Shown piece by piece: positions 1 through 13,232 of a stretch of 64,000 nt of DNA. The notes beneath the pieces were generated by a model. The model made no database searches. It saw only the letters and a list, made by a program, of their open reading frames with translations, and was not told where the DNA came from. Origin of the DNA: Marsupella aquatica (Eukaryota > Plantae > Marchantiophyta); NCBI GenBank assembly GCA_973895155.1, contig OZ316891.1, forward strand, positions 335,458-399,457, written 5' to 3'. The position numbers and the translations under genes were made by a program. The first letter of the stretch is position 1. Each line of letters starts with the position of its first letter.

Positions 1-1278
1 ATATGAGAACAAGGGGCTACCCTACATTGCGAGTGTGCCCCTCGTCCAACACCTTGCAACTAATGCCCATGCCATGCGCTTTACTGTCTTTGAGCCTTAT
101 TACATTTGTCTGTTGGCATTGAAAATGACATTGCAAATGACTGTAAAATCACCACAAATATTGGGAGAATAATGTTTTTTATTGATGTAGTGACTTTTAC
201 CAATATTACACAAAATTATGATGCACAAAATATTGAATATGTACAATGAATTTGTACAATTATACAAAATGTGCATGCACGAGTATGTTCAATACTTACT
301 TGCATGGATGTATCCTCCTTGATCCTCATGTATTGATCCTTGTCCATTGTGTTATAGTCTTTTAATTGTCCATTGTGTTAAAGTCTTTTAAGTACTTCTT
401 TTTTTTGCTAGTGTGATTATTCTTGCTTGTCTTGGGCACTAGTGTAACTTTTTGTGATTCACACTAAACTCAATTCACACACGCCTTAGACTTTATTGCT
501 TATAGTTGACCAGATTTTTTAATTTTTATGCCCTATAAATTTGAATGACAGACCACTCTTAAAGTGGCACAACTGTGTATCGTAGTTTTTGATTTTTGAT
601 TTTTTTTCTTTTCTTTCTACATCTTTTATCATTATATTGCTGACATGCCCAAAGGCGCGAGTATTGAGCTTATTATTTATATAAGAAGAGACTTGCAACT
701 CATGATTATTGAGTTCATCTACAACTATAATAAGGGATCCCGTCGTTTTTAGTCCTTGGTCACCATACAAAAAAGCTTCTCGGCGAGAAAAATCCACAGT
801 CGTTGAATTTGATTATTTATTTTTCTCACCATTGATGAGAAAAATGTATATCCCTATCACATATTTGCTTCCCGCCCCCTAATGCCCGTGGCCAATCCCT
901 ATGGGCCTGCAGCAAAGCACTGGCAACAATGATAATGAAATGGAAAATGGGAGTCCGTGAGAATAACGTGGATAGAATAACGGGGTCTCGCAAACGGAGG
1001 TTCGAGTCCTGCGGATAAAGGTGGTAGGAAAGAGAGTATTGAAAAGGGCGATCATGCTGAGGAGGAGACTAATGCGTAAATCGGCTGAGAGTAATTGCGA
1101 AGACGGAAAGCATCGATTCAAACACGCTTTCACTTCTTACTGCAGTGGAGACCTTGGAAGAGTCCAAACGACTGAGCTGGATCGCTCACTCTCGCGCACA
1201 CTGCTCTCTCGCGTGCTCTCTCTCTCTCAGACACATTGCTTAGTTCAGCTAGTCGTAGGGAGCTGTTGCTGCAGATCG

Positions 1279-4200
1279 ATGGGGTCGAATTCCCAGTTGT
1301 TGGAAGGACTGATCAGCCCTCACGACGACCCGGAACAGTACGCTGGAAGCAATGATGGTCGTGCACAGGATGACGACAAGATATACATGTCCGTGTACGA
1401 CATGCTGGTGAAGCATGTTGGAGAGTTTGGGTTCGCTCAGTTCTGGCACTTTGTGCTGGTGAGCTTAGCCTGGACCGTGGACGCCCTGCATACGATGGTC
1501 ATGATTTTCGCTGATCGGGTGCCTGAATGGCAATGCAAGACCCAAATCGGCACGCAGCTGGTCGGCGGCGGCGGTCTCAACCACACGACGATCTTGGCTC
1601 CTTCGTGTACCGCCGCCTCATCGCTATGTAAATTGGACCCTGGCACCTGGGAATGGGTTGGGACGTATACCCGATCGACGGTTTCGGAGTGGGATCTCAT
1701 CTGTGCAGACGAGTACAAAGTTGGATTGGCTGCTTCTTTGTTTTTTATTGGCGTGCTCTGTGGTAAGAAGCTGCTTCTGTCAGTACCGAAGTAGCTGATG
1801 AAGCTCACATTGAATATTTCAAGAGTGGTACATTAGTATTTTAAAATCGGCTGCTCCTGCTCCTACTCCCACTCCCACTCGCTGTGCACTCACTTAGAAT
1901 CGTCTTATTCTGAATATGTGCTCAATCATTGGGCTCACAGATTGCACCAGCTTTTTGACATTGCAATCACTGGAATCAGCCATTGTTTTCTCTCTCCACG
2001 CGATCAGATTAGCCATGTTGACAGTCCACGTTTCAACATAAAGTCGAGAATTGCTTCTACTTAGTTTGCGCTTCCTGTAGTCTTCCTGGGGGAACCGTGT
2101 GCTGCAATTTGAAGGAGAGAATTTAGAGAAACCAGCAAGTACTACATTTTCCCGACATGCACGTATTACACAGGAAAGTGACATGTTCTGTCCAGCTCGA
2201 TCATCATTTCTTAATACATTAGCAGAGCTCTTGGCATACACAGGAAAGTGACATGTTCTGTCCAGCTCGATCATCATTTCTTAATACAATAGCAGAGCTC
2301 TTGGCATAACGCCGTGTAACGTAAATGTGCGCATGCAGGAGCTGGAGTGTACGGAAGTCTGTCAGACTCGTTTTTGGGCAGAAAGGGAACAGTTGCTCTT
2401 TCGTGCTTGACGACAGTTTCCCTGGGGTTCCTCACAGGCTTCTCCTCCACGTACTGGATCTATGCGACCCTCCGGTTCATGACAGGACTGAATTGCGGAA
2501 GCATTGGAGTTTGCTCCTTCGTCCTGGCAACAGAGATCGTAGGGCCCAGTAAAAGAGGATCGGTGGGAATGGCAACCTTCTACTTCTTTACAGGGGGATC
2601 CTTCCGTTGTTCGGCTATTTCTCGACGTCTTGGAGGATGCTTTACTTCGTCACCGCTGTTCCTGGAATCGTGTACTGCTTTTTGGTCCTGCCGTTTCTCT
2701 GGGAGTCCCCTCGATGGTATCTCGTGAAGGGCCGATCGGATGATGCCATCAAGGTCATAAGATCTGTTGCGAAGTGGAATGGAAATGAGCTGCCCACGAG
2801 TCTTCACTTTCGCTTGGATTGCGATCAGCAGAACAGAGACGCGCAAGCCGAACAACGTGTACGTACGGAGAAGATGGCGCTTTCAGACTCGACTGGCGAT
2901 GGAGCTACGTGTTTGAGCCCGGAAGCTACGGTACGTTCCGTCACGTTGTACTTTATGATCATCTTGCTCAGATTGGATTCAGTAATCTTTGAACATATCA
3001 CCCGCCGCTGCATGAGGACCGTCCACGTAGCGCTCGAGAATTGTTGTAAGGTATTTTTGGTATCTGCACTTCCCGGGTTGGGACCTTTCCATCTCCTCGA
3101 GAATTACTACTATAAGTGGCTTTTGGGACCTCTTGTCTGACGGGACCGACGGAAACATTCACCGTGATTGTCTAGAACAAAAGCTGCTCAATCTTGCTTA
3201 GTCACAGTCACACTATACTGGATCGATTGAAATCACTTCCATAGGCGCAGCTTTTCCAAAAGCTGGTTACATTCTGTGATCCTTCCTAGTACGTCTTTGG
3301 TGAGTCCATAATCATTTTAAATGGACAAAACGAGTCCAAATGAACTGATAAAAATTATGTTGTAAAATTATCTTCGTCTTCCACCCCACGCTAGCCGCAA
3401 CGAATTTAGCTTGGGATCTAAGAACTTACATCCCTTAGCTCGCACAGAGGGTATTGGTGTCACTTAGTCAGAATAGAATGGTTGCGTTTGTAAACTTCAG
3501 ATCGTTGATACTGCCCATAAATTCTCCAATTTCTGTAGCCGTGATAGTGTACATGGGTACTACACGAATACACATAAAAAAGTGGTTTAAAATTCAGATC
3601 AGATTGATTTTGGGTTCTCGAGGGTGATCGGGCATGGTCGTAGTTATCAAGGAGTCGAAGTTCAACGGGCCGAAAGCCCGACCGAAAGTAAATTTCATCC
3701 AGGTAGTGAAGGGACGGTACCAGCCAGTAGACCTCGTCGATTCAATCAAGTACTAACACGATCCTTCTGGTCGCCATGAGCTAGTCTGGTCTGCAGTCAG
3801 TGGCTTAGTAATCATGTTGAAGGTGTCAACTATATCCTTACATTTGTTAAAGTTGGAAGCTGTCATTACTCAGGATCCCCAAGGCAACTGTTCCGTAAAG
3901 CTGGGAGACAATGGCTCTTCGAAACCCGAGGTGCAATACGAAGGAAGTCTCGTCGATGTCTTCAGATTTTCCGAGACACGTTGGAGAATGCTCATCATGG
4001 TTTGCATCTGGTTCTTCACGGGAGTTTGTTACTATGGCATCAGCCTAAATGCAGTCAATCTAAACTTCAACCTTTACTTGAGCGTCTTCATGAACGGCCT
4101 TATCGAAGTCCCCGCATTTGCTGGAACCGCTTATTTGTTGTCTAAGCTGGGCAGAAAGGCTCTGCTGGTATCAGCGATGGCTCTATCCGGGGTCTGTTGT

Positions 4201-4977
4201 GTCTGTGGCAGCTTCTTCTTCATTATGGACAAGCCAGATGGCTTGAACGGCAGCTTCTTATTGAGGGGCTTTGCGGAAAGCGTGGTGTCCAACCGCCCGA
4301 ACTTGCAACTGCATGATACTGAAAGTAATCGTATGTTTGCTCTCCTGCATGGTTCTCCTTGGATAGTTGCGGGTTCGCAAAACACACGGCTTTACTTGTT
4401 TATGCAGGAGACGCTATCGGCTTTTTGTTCAGGAGATTATTCCTTTCTTACGTGAGGTTGATTAATTTGATGCTTAGTCACCAGTTTATTGACACTATGC
4501 TCGTTATCCGATTAAGTCATAGTTCAGGCGCTGGCAAATTTCATGACACGGAGAAGTGTTATTACTTATTATGTTTAACACATTACATCTGACTCTTGTG
4601 CAGACGAGTTTCTCATAGGCATGCTGAGGCTCATGTGGGGAGTACTAGGCATGCTCGGTATGGCAGGTGCGTTTAGTCTGATCTACATCTACACCGCTGA
4701 GTTGTTTCCCACAGTGGTCAGGAACGCAGCTCTTGGACTAGCAGTTCAAGCTGCAGGAGTTGGAGCAGTGATTGCGCCGTTCATTGTAGTTGCCGGCCAT
4801 TTTTCCCCTTCTCTCCCATTCGTGATCTTTGGGGTCTTGGCCTTGGGGGGTGCAGCTCTCTCAACCAGACTTCCGGAAACTCTCAACCAACGTCTCCCTG
4901 AGACACTCGAAGAGATGGAGCGGGAGCATACAAAGTCCAGATCTGCTCTCACAAGTAATAATGTCATAGAGACATGA
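1279..4977 (+). CDS. MFS organic cation/carnitine transporter (SLC22/plant OCT-like); exons about 1279-1762, 2339-2930, 3874-4330, 4604-4977; frameshift in exon 2 near 2593-2600
   Basis: Motifs STVSEWDLIC, LSDSFLGRK, ESPRWYLVKG, ELFPTVVRN and LPET. GT/AG sites with matching phases: GTAAG 1763 / GCAG 2338, GTACGT 2931 / TCAG 3873, GTATG 4331 / GCAG 4603. Confidence 0.9.
2167..2308. repeat. 70-bp tandem duplication in intron 1 of the transporter
   Basis: TACACAGGAAAGTGACATG...CTTGGCA at 2167 and 2237, with one mismatch. Confidence 0.9.
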
Positions 4978-5700
4978 TGACGGCAAATCGTTGTAAATCA
5001 TAGGATTGTTATCTCTACCTTAGTATACAAATTGGCATGGTTTTCTATACGGTAAGCTGATCCAATCGGTCATCTCGTCATATACATGGCATGCACTGTG
5101 CCACGAGTAAAGCAAGGATCGATCAGTGATCTAAGTAGCTTCCATTCTTGACGACCACAGCAGAACACATGCTACTCATCGTATTCTCTACATCTATGAA
5201 ACTTGTAGTCTAGCTAGTAGATGTACATAGCTACTCCTATGTAAGGAAGCTCTACGATTAATTTACTCGCCAAATGATTTCTGTTTGTTTTTGGACCCCG
5301 TTCCGGAAATTGCTGTCACTGCCCTCGACATGCACCAGGCACTCAACTTTAGGATGTCCAAGGATATAATTATGGAAAACGGCAAAGCAATAACTATCCC
5401 TGCCATCAGTTGAAGAATAGATTGAATGTTGTCAAGGAGCACATACGAGAACTTTGTCGTTTGAGAGGATGCTCAGATGATGCAGCTGGATCCAGATGAA
5501 CCACAGTAACTCGTACCTCTAGCCAGCTAAACACGAGTCTTTGTAAATGCCGACCAAGACATTGAAGACAGCACGCGGGACAGCACGTCACTCGCGTGCA
5601 GTCGAGACCTACTGTAGGCGGAGTGTCTCGTCTGGTATTCTATACAGTTGGTCAGTGTCTCGTCTGGTATTCTATACAGTTGGTCAGTAATTCCTGTACA

Positions 5701-6641
5701 ATTTGGAATGAGACAGTCCTACCACTTCTTTCAGACGATCAGAGCATACTCATTCCTCTTTTCTTTATAACACCCTTCATTTCTATTTTTAATTTTTCTT
5801 GAAAGGAGCACTTTACTTGCAAGAAGTAAGACCCAATAAAACGGGGAGTAAAAGGCCAAAAGAAACAAAGGCCAAATTAAACAATTATGGTTCTCAGGTT
5901 TGTTATGCTTGTTGTGCAGATACACATAGTCATACATACATTGTTGACATGACATACCATATATACATACACAACATGGACAAGAGCATATATAAATACA
6001 AGTGTACCATAACTGAAAATTCGTGAAAGCTGTACTGTCATAAAACACGAAAAAAGATCACACATAGTCAAGCCAAACCCACTCTGACATGAGAGAATCC
6101 ATGCCAGGTCAATGCTAATGGGAATCACCATAGCCAACTGAAGGAGTACTACCCACTCAAGCTATCTCCCAACGGCTCCCAACGCTAAAGGCTCAACTCA
6201 AAGAACTAACCGTTCTTTGAGCACATTCCATATATAGGTATACCCTTCAAACCTAAGGGTGGGTCCTATTAGGACAGTCACCCTCAAAAGAGCACCCACA
6301 AACACTATGCATGGAAACACATCCCAAACTACGGCATGGACTCCAGTAGCACATCTACACACTATGACACACTTACGTATCATCATGATAGCTGTCGTTT
6401 GAATACACATTGTCATACAACATACCCTAAACCCTAAACTATTTGGAATGAGACAGTCCTACCACCTCTTTCAGAGGAATCAGAGCATATTCATTCCTCT
6501 TTTCTTTATAACCCTAAACCCTAAACACCCTTCATTTCTATTCACAATTTTTCTTGAAAGGAGCACTTTAGTTGCAAGAAGTAAGACCCAATAAAATGGG
6601 GAGTAAAAGGCCAAAGTCAAACAATGGTTTTGAGGTTTGTT
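5701..6641. repeat. About 200-bp direct duplication (5701-5905 and 6441-6641); the second copy carries CCCTAAA insertions
   Basis: ATTTGGAATGAGACAGTCCTACCAC...AAAAGGCCAAA is present twice; ACCCTAAACCCTAAA occurs at about 6424 and 6510. Confidence 0.85.
5910..6422. mobile_element. Probable solo LTR, distantly related to the 11226/32663 family
   Basis: Inverted termini TGTTGT...ACAACA. The start TGTTGTGCAGATACACAT resembles TGTCATGCGCATACACAT and both share AAGGCTCAAC. No TSD seen. Confidence 0.55.
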
Positions 6642-8599
6642 AGAATACAGTGACGGATCAAATGAGAAGTGTGACCACCCTTCTCGTTTTGCCCGATCGC
6701 AAAATCACGGCTAAGTAAAGAAATCTCCAATACGAAATGCCCATGAGTGAGAATCAAGAGAGGAAAGGAGCTCACCTCTTTGCACATTCAGCTAGCCCTC
6801 GACACCTCGTCATATGTCTGTCACGATTATGTCCAGTTCTACTATTGCTTTTGGTACCAATTTTTAGGCATTGGTAACCATCTTGCGACCTCACTCGCCC
6901 AGCACAACCCGCGCAAGTATGAAGCCAAAAGGCATTACAAATGACGTATCTGTTTGAACAGGTGTTCTCACTACAACAACGACCTTAATCTTCTGTTTGA
7001 GAGCAAGTATTGTTGGGACAAGGATATCGTTGAGTTCTTCTTCGAGGGATCAAAGTACCTCGGCTTTGGAGAAGCGCTCTGCCAACTCCCGCACGAGGTC
7101 TTCAAGATCCCTGGCACGGTGGACTTCAGAGTAATGGACCTTGCCCCCAGCTCCCTCACCAATCCCAACACTCATGCCTAAGTGCTCCTAGTGCCCGAAC
7201 GTCTCCACGGAGTACCTTGAGCAAGCAACCTAGTGCCCCTTGCACCACCAGCGGCCCCTCCCATATGAAGCCGCACTTGCTCTCCAACATGATCGCTACT
7301 CAACGGTCCTCATTGTCTGCACAAGCAACCAAGCGTCTTGATAAGTAACCCTTCAGGATCTAGATCTCCCAAGTCTAGCCTCCTAACTCAAGCTCAATAG
7401 ACATTGGTCCGGTAAGTAGGTCAGCAATAGGTCCTCCCGATGCCATAAGCCGAAACCAAAACCAACACCCACTGTTTGTCCAAACCAGCTCCTTCCTTGG
7501 GAATAGCCCAGGTTTCCCCTTGTACCTATCCATCACCAAATGACCGCCCTGCTCCCAGGATGTACATGCTCATGGCCCAAGTAGCATAGCTTGTCCTAAA
7601 GCTTGTCCCAACACGTCGGGACCAGAATGGCCCCGACTTTAGCAACCAACTCCCAATTCTTGCCCCACTGATGGTCTAGGGGCCAAGTGCCCTCGGACTC
7701 AACCTCCACGCCTACCTGGCCTTGCCTCCCCAATGCAAGCTCCCTTGAGAGACTGAACGCGGCTTGGCTATTGTTCGACAGGATTTGGCAAGCGGGCGAG
7801 ATAGCACCCGCAAACCTTGAGAACCTATGGTGCCCCAGACCCATCTGAGCTTAGGAGGATGTAGCCCTCCTTGATAGATTTCCAACGCACCCAAGAAGTC
7901 CCCCAACAAACTTCTCGTTGGGAAGTTATCGTCGTTTTCGTTCGGCATTTCCCCTTAGTGTCGCGACCACCGTGGCTCACGACTTTGGCTCGCCCTTAGC
8001 CCCCACGGAGACACCACTCCCTTCATATATGCCTCTGTAGACATGCCACCCCTTGACCAGCTTTGGTCCTCAACTTTTTGGTCCCCAACCCGAACCCTAT
8101 CTCGCATGTTTGGGTGCGCCACCAACTGCCGATGCCCATAACTTCCTAGTTAGGCGTCCGCAACCGGAGTGCCTTAGCCCGTTGTGATTGGGCCAACCCA
8201 GTGCTCATGCCTAGGCCCTCAGATCTAATCACCACTTGGGGCCCCCATCGCCCAAACCCGGATCGGGCCATAACTCGCGTCCCAAGTGTCCGTTGCCCAT
8301 GGCGTCAACTCCATTGGCCTTGGGCCCAATAGGAACTCTTATTCAAGCCCTCAGGTCTCAAAGTCCGTCCAAGGGTCCGGATGGTCAACCTCAAGCCCGG
8401 CCCTTTTCCCCTTTGACCCGACCAACTCTCATCTAGTCTAAGTCCTTAGTGGGTGACACCGGTTTGGCGCCTTGCCTTCACTAGCGCCACTTCCCATTGC
8501 CCACAAGTTTCCCCATGCTAAGTCCTCCCCCAATGGCCTATCCGGGCCTGGATCCTAAGGGAGCTTGGTCTCGGAGTTAGCGATGCCGGAGCTAAGTGT

Positions 8600-9300
8600 T
8601 AAGGTAGTCGAGTTCCGTGGATTTGAGCCAAGAGCTGGTTGCGGCGGTGAAAGCAGGGCATGCTCAGGCTAAAGCCGCAAAGAAGATTGAGCAGTATCAG
8701 GTTGAGGTAACCAAACTATTAGATGAAGCCTCGATCAGCACAAAAAACTGAGCTTCAACTTCTCTGGCCTCAGCTTGCGACCGCTTTGACCCGGGTCATC
8801 GACGCTGAAGCCAAGATAGCATGATTGGTTGTGCAAGTTGGGGCTGGAAATGACGTTGAGATCTCACAACTCTGGACCCAGATTGACAGCTTGAAGGGGC
8901 AAGCCGTCATCTAGCAGAAAACCGTGAAGGAGGCCGACGCTTGGGCCCAGAGAGATGCAGCCGAGGTGGACGCCCTAAAAGCAAAAGTGACATGGCTTCT
9001 ACAAGAAGCCACTAAGCAAGACCAACTAGTGGCGCAGCTGATGAGCAATGCCCAGTAGTTGGACTTAGAGACGTGCCAGGAGGCTGCGGAGTAGACGGAC
9101 GTGGCAAAATAAGAAAACAAATTGTCTCTCTTGGACCAAGTCCAACTACTCAAGCAGGACGTAGACCGGCTGAGGAGACAGCAGGACGATCGCTCCAAGT
9201 CCAACTTGGGTGGGTCTGGCAAAGCGTGCCAGACATTAGCAGTAGAGCAAGTTTAGAACCTTGGGCCCTCAGTCTTAACTAATACATGGAAGACGTGCAA
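8600..9300 (+). pseudogene. Decayed coiled-coil ORF remnant, probably a TE accessory gene
   Basis: A stop-interrupted frame reads ...SQLWTQIDSLKGQAVI*QKTVKEADAWAQRDAAEVDALKAKV...LLKQDVDRLRRQQ, in a GC-rich decayed context. Confidence 0.4.
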
Positions 9301-9368
9301 ATGCTCGAAGGGTAGTTTTTATTCATTTTGAAGTAATAATTATAATTATTACCGGTAATAAGGGAAAC

Positions 9369-9687
9369 TTGCTCTGTCAACTCCTCCCCAACCAAACTCC
9401 CTCCACCCCCAACACACAACTCCCCCAACCCAACCCACAACACTAAACCCAATCTCCCTCACTCCAAACTCCCTAAACCCCCACTACACCACTCCCCAAC
9501 CCCCTCAACCCTAAACGCTAAACCCTAAACTCCAAACCGTCTCCCTCAACCCCCGACCAAACCCCCTAAACTCAAACTCGCTCTGTCAACTCCTCCCCAA
9601 CCAAACTCCCTCCACCCCCAACACACAACTCCCCCAACCCAACCCACAACGCTAAACCCAATTTCCCTCAATCCAAACTCCCTAAAC
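9369..9687. repeat. C/A-rich telomere-like satellite, unit about 209 bp, 1.5 copies
   Basis: GCTCTGTCAACTCCTCCCCAACCAAACTCCC recurs at about 9371 and 9580, with embedded CCCTAAA motifs. Confidence 0.85.
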
Positions 9688-11225
9688 TGGCCATCTTGCA
9701 TCACGAAGCAGTTGCTGCAGGAGTGTCAATTTTGCTTTTTGCGCACTAACACTTTGTTGCTGTTACGAGAGCCTTCTTCATGCAACTTTCTATGCAAGTT
9801 GTTGCCCAAGGGGGCAAATTATTTTAAGATTTCATCTCTTGGTACGTGTCAAAAGTCGATGACTATCATCCGCGTCCGTTAATAAGAGACCAACGAAAGT
9901 TATGCGAGCTAGTTACAGCTGCACTAAATACTTTTACCCGGACGGTAGATCCTGGCTCTCCTTATTCTGAGTTTTCCATTCCATTTCAATTACTGTGCAT
10001 GCAACACGTTTCCTTCTGAAACGTTGTTGAGAAGACGGTGTAGTGCAGCGTCCCAACCAGTACTCCACAGGAAGGAGCCTTAACTGATCCTCTGGCAAGT
10101 AGAATTCTGATCATTGCTGCCTGTCCAACACCTTGCAGCTGCTCTTCTTCTGGGTTACTGGTTCTGTTTCTCGAACAGTTCCAATAGTCCAAATCCTTTG
10201 CGATCACTTTTTTCGGGGCGTGTGCCTTTTTGCTCTTTCTGTCCGTTCTTTACTTGACGAGTTTGGTTGCACCAAAGTCCAAAACTTTCAACTCTAGGCT
10301 CCAAGCACCGCTTCCACTGATTCAAGTCGGTCCACTAATGGCTCAATGACAGCAGCAGTCGGGCTGCTTTCAAGGGAAGCCCATACTACCCTAGGGATCC
10401 CAAGGCAGGATTTGGTAAAAAAAAATCCAATAAAAAAAGGCTGGGAACCAGCCATCCAAAAAACTTGACCCCTGTGCAATGAAACCCTACAAAATGGATG
10501 CCTAATAATTTGACTAAACCCACTTTCATTCTAGGACCAACTCACTCCGTCCACCTTACAAAAACTTAATGCCCTTCTTGATTTGTTTCTTTGTAGTTTT
10601 TGGTGCTTTTGTAGAGAGGAATGCACAGTACAGATTTGGGTAGGGTGTTATGAAACTTCTGGTCTACTTTTAAAAATAAAAACTCTCTGAGGACCAGTTT
10701 GTATATTAACGTCTTGTTACAATGACATTATGAACAATTAGCCCCTCAAAACTCAAGCTAAGGCCCTCATTTTTTAGGGCATTATGGCCCAGAATGTCCT
10801 CTTACCAGCGTGTCACTGTATACGGAAAACATTGGAAATTGGAATGCAAGTGTTTTCTTGCCGGCTAACAAGTACAGGAAATGCATGCAGCACAAAGAAG
10901 AGATCCTTGCAAACAACATAATCATTTACCTTTCCACCTCACAAAAACCTAACTGTTGCCAGCCAACAAGCACAGAAAAAGTACTATCCTTGCACAGCAA
11001 TAAGGAAGAGGGAATACTCACAAAACAAAAGATATTCACCTATCCTTCCAATTCACAGAAAAAGTAACTTGCCAGAGGCAGTAAAAAAATACAATGTAGT
11101 TACACACAACATAAACTTTGGATGACTTTGCCCCTTCAATCTCCACTTCAAAATGCAATTTAGGTCACTACTGGACGATCCCAACTATTGTAATATCACT
11201 GAATATTCAATGGGCTATTGATGTT

Positions 11226-11687
11226 TGTCGTGCGTATACACATCGCTACACAACATACATTGCTTGTCACATATATCCAGACCTAGTCACACTGCCACAT
11301 CACAAACACAAGAGAATGGAATACAAGTGGAACTCATGTCCACACATGTCCAAAACCCACAATAATCTCAATAGAATCCGAACAACGATCGACGTCAACA
11401 GTACGCACTCAATCTCATCCGATCCGATCACACACATATGTCGAGCCAACTCACCTTGCACTCAAGGAATCCACGCTACATAGAGAGAGCTCTCAGCCAC
11501 CATAGCCACCACACAAGCTCCCCTCTCCAAGGCTCAACATTGAAAGATTACCTTTCAATGTCTCACAAGAGAGAACTACCCTCTCACACAAACCTAACGG
11601 AACCTTATTGGCTCATATAGCACACATACCAAACATACGGATCTAGATAGTACGATACACTCTAACACTACCTAGAATGGTGTGACA
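11226..11687. mobile_element. Solo LTR (TGTC...GACA), copy 1
   Basis: About 460 bp, highly similar to 32663-33129. Termini TGTCGTG...TGTGACA; flanks do not form a TSD. Confidence 0.75.
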
Positions 11688-11692
11688 TCCTT

Positions 11693-12402
11693 CAACTCCT
11701 CCCCAACCAAACTCCCTCCACCCCCAACACACAACTCCCTATACCCAACCCACAACCAAACCCGCTAAACCCAAACTCCCTACACCCACTACACCACTCC
11801 CCAACCCCCTCAACCCTAAACCCTAAACTCAACTCCAAACTGTCTCCCTCAACCCCCAACCAAACCCCTTAAACTCAAATTCGGTCTCTCAACTCCTCCC
11901 CAACCAAACTCCCAAACTCCCTCCACCCCCAACTCCTCAACCCCCTGGCCAACCAAACCCCCTAAACTCAAACTCGGTCCCCCAACTCCTCCCCAACCAA
12001 ACTCCCAAACTCCCTCCACCCCAACAGTGACACAACTACCTCAACCCAACCCATAACCAAACCCGGCAATTCCAATTAAAGTGACTCGCTCACTCCAAAC
12101 TCCCTAAAGCCGCACTACACCACTCCCCAACCCCCTCAACCCATAGTCCCTAAACCCTAAACACTAAGCTCAAATCCAAACTGTCCTTTGTCAACCCGCA
12201 ACCAAACTGTCGCCCTAAACTCAAAATCCCTCGGTCCACCGCCAACACTGACACAACTCCCTCAACCTAACCCACAACCGAAAATGCTAAACCCAAAGTA
12301 ACTCGCTCATTCCAAACTCCCTAAACCCCCACTACACCACTCCCCAACCCCCTCAACCCAAACTCCCTAAACCCTAAACTCAACTTTAAACTGTCTCCCT
12401 CA
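11693..12402. repeat. C/A-rich telomere-like satellite, same family as 9369-9687, several degenerate units
   Basis: Repeated CAACTCCTCCCCAACCAAACTCCC, CCACTACACCACTCCCCAACCCCCTCAACCC and CCCTAAACCCTAAA. Confidence 0.85.
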
Positions 12403-13232
12403 ACAAAATTGGGGGCGTCCTTTGGGGGCTGTCCGGATTTGAGGATTGGCTGCCTTGGATGTGCTCAGGGAGATTGCTTTGATGTTCGATTGTATCCCTT
12501 AATAAAGTTATGGAGACTGGTGAAATTGGTTGGCGATATCATTAGGTGGTGAATGTTTGGTGGGATGGAATCGCCTATGTGGGAAATGGACTAATTTGCA
12601 ATCCAAATCCCATGCCAATTTTAGACAGAAATGTACAGAGATCTGTGTATAATTTTGTAAGGGGACCCCTCCACATCTAATTCTCACTTCTAAAGGAAAA
12701 AATTGAATGTAGAGCCTACTCATGCCGATAACGTGTTGAGTACTACATATAATAGTCTTCTCATTCATACAGGGAAACATATACACATAGAGTTAGTTAC
12801 TCAGGTGGTTGTGGTAACTACCTTAGGTTAGTGGTTACACCATGATTTGGAGTAGACTTAACCTTAGGTTACAACAGCTTTTAAATATGTGGAGGAGGTC
12901 CACATTTTGCAATGAGAATTATTCAGACGGAGGTCAAAGATTAATCGGATATTGGTCATCATGACTTATTTCCCGACCAATCAGGTCCCCCTCGCCAGCC
13001 ATTTCCAGTGTCGCTGGCAAAATTTCCTGTTTTCTCGTTGAATTGACAGCCGAGGATTGAGGAAAACAACTGCCAGATTGGCATTCCAGTGTCAAGAACA
13101 TAAATTTAGTGGTTGATTGCTGCCTGACTGTTTTTGGATTAATTCAAAGGAAGAATGCTGTCTTCCCACCAGACGTCTTCAACATCTCACCCAAGCAAAT
13201 TCAAGCCAAAAAGAAGAGATAACAGATTAAGC

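Noticed and set aside
519-797. 92-aa minus-strand ORF
   Set aside because: No ATG start or recognisable motif, and it is AT-rich with homopolymer runs.
1021-1278. N-terminal extension of the transporter from the GTG at 1021
   Set aside because: Non-ATG start running through a CT-repeat leader; the ATG at 1279 is more plausible.
3295-3331. Hammerhead ribozyme-like TGGTGAGTCC...GGACAAAAC
   Set aside because: The core deviates from CUGANGA and GAAA at essential positions, and no convincing stems I/III are present.
3665-3690. GNRA-like hairpin CGGGCCGAAAGCCCG as part of an ncRNA
   Set aside because: Only a 5-bp stem, with no recognisable larger RNA family.
11118-11620. ORFs 11118-11483 and 11438-11620 (and 32625-33062) as duplicated genes
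   Set aside because: They lie within solo LTRs and show no protein motifs.
9369-12402. True telomere or chromosome end
   Set aside because: Repeats are interstitial and degenerate, with at most about two perfect CCCTAAA units in a row.
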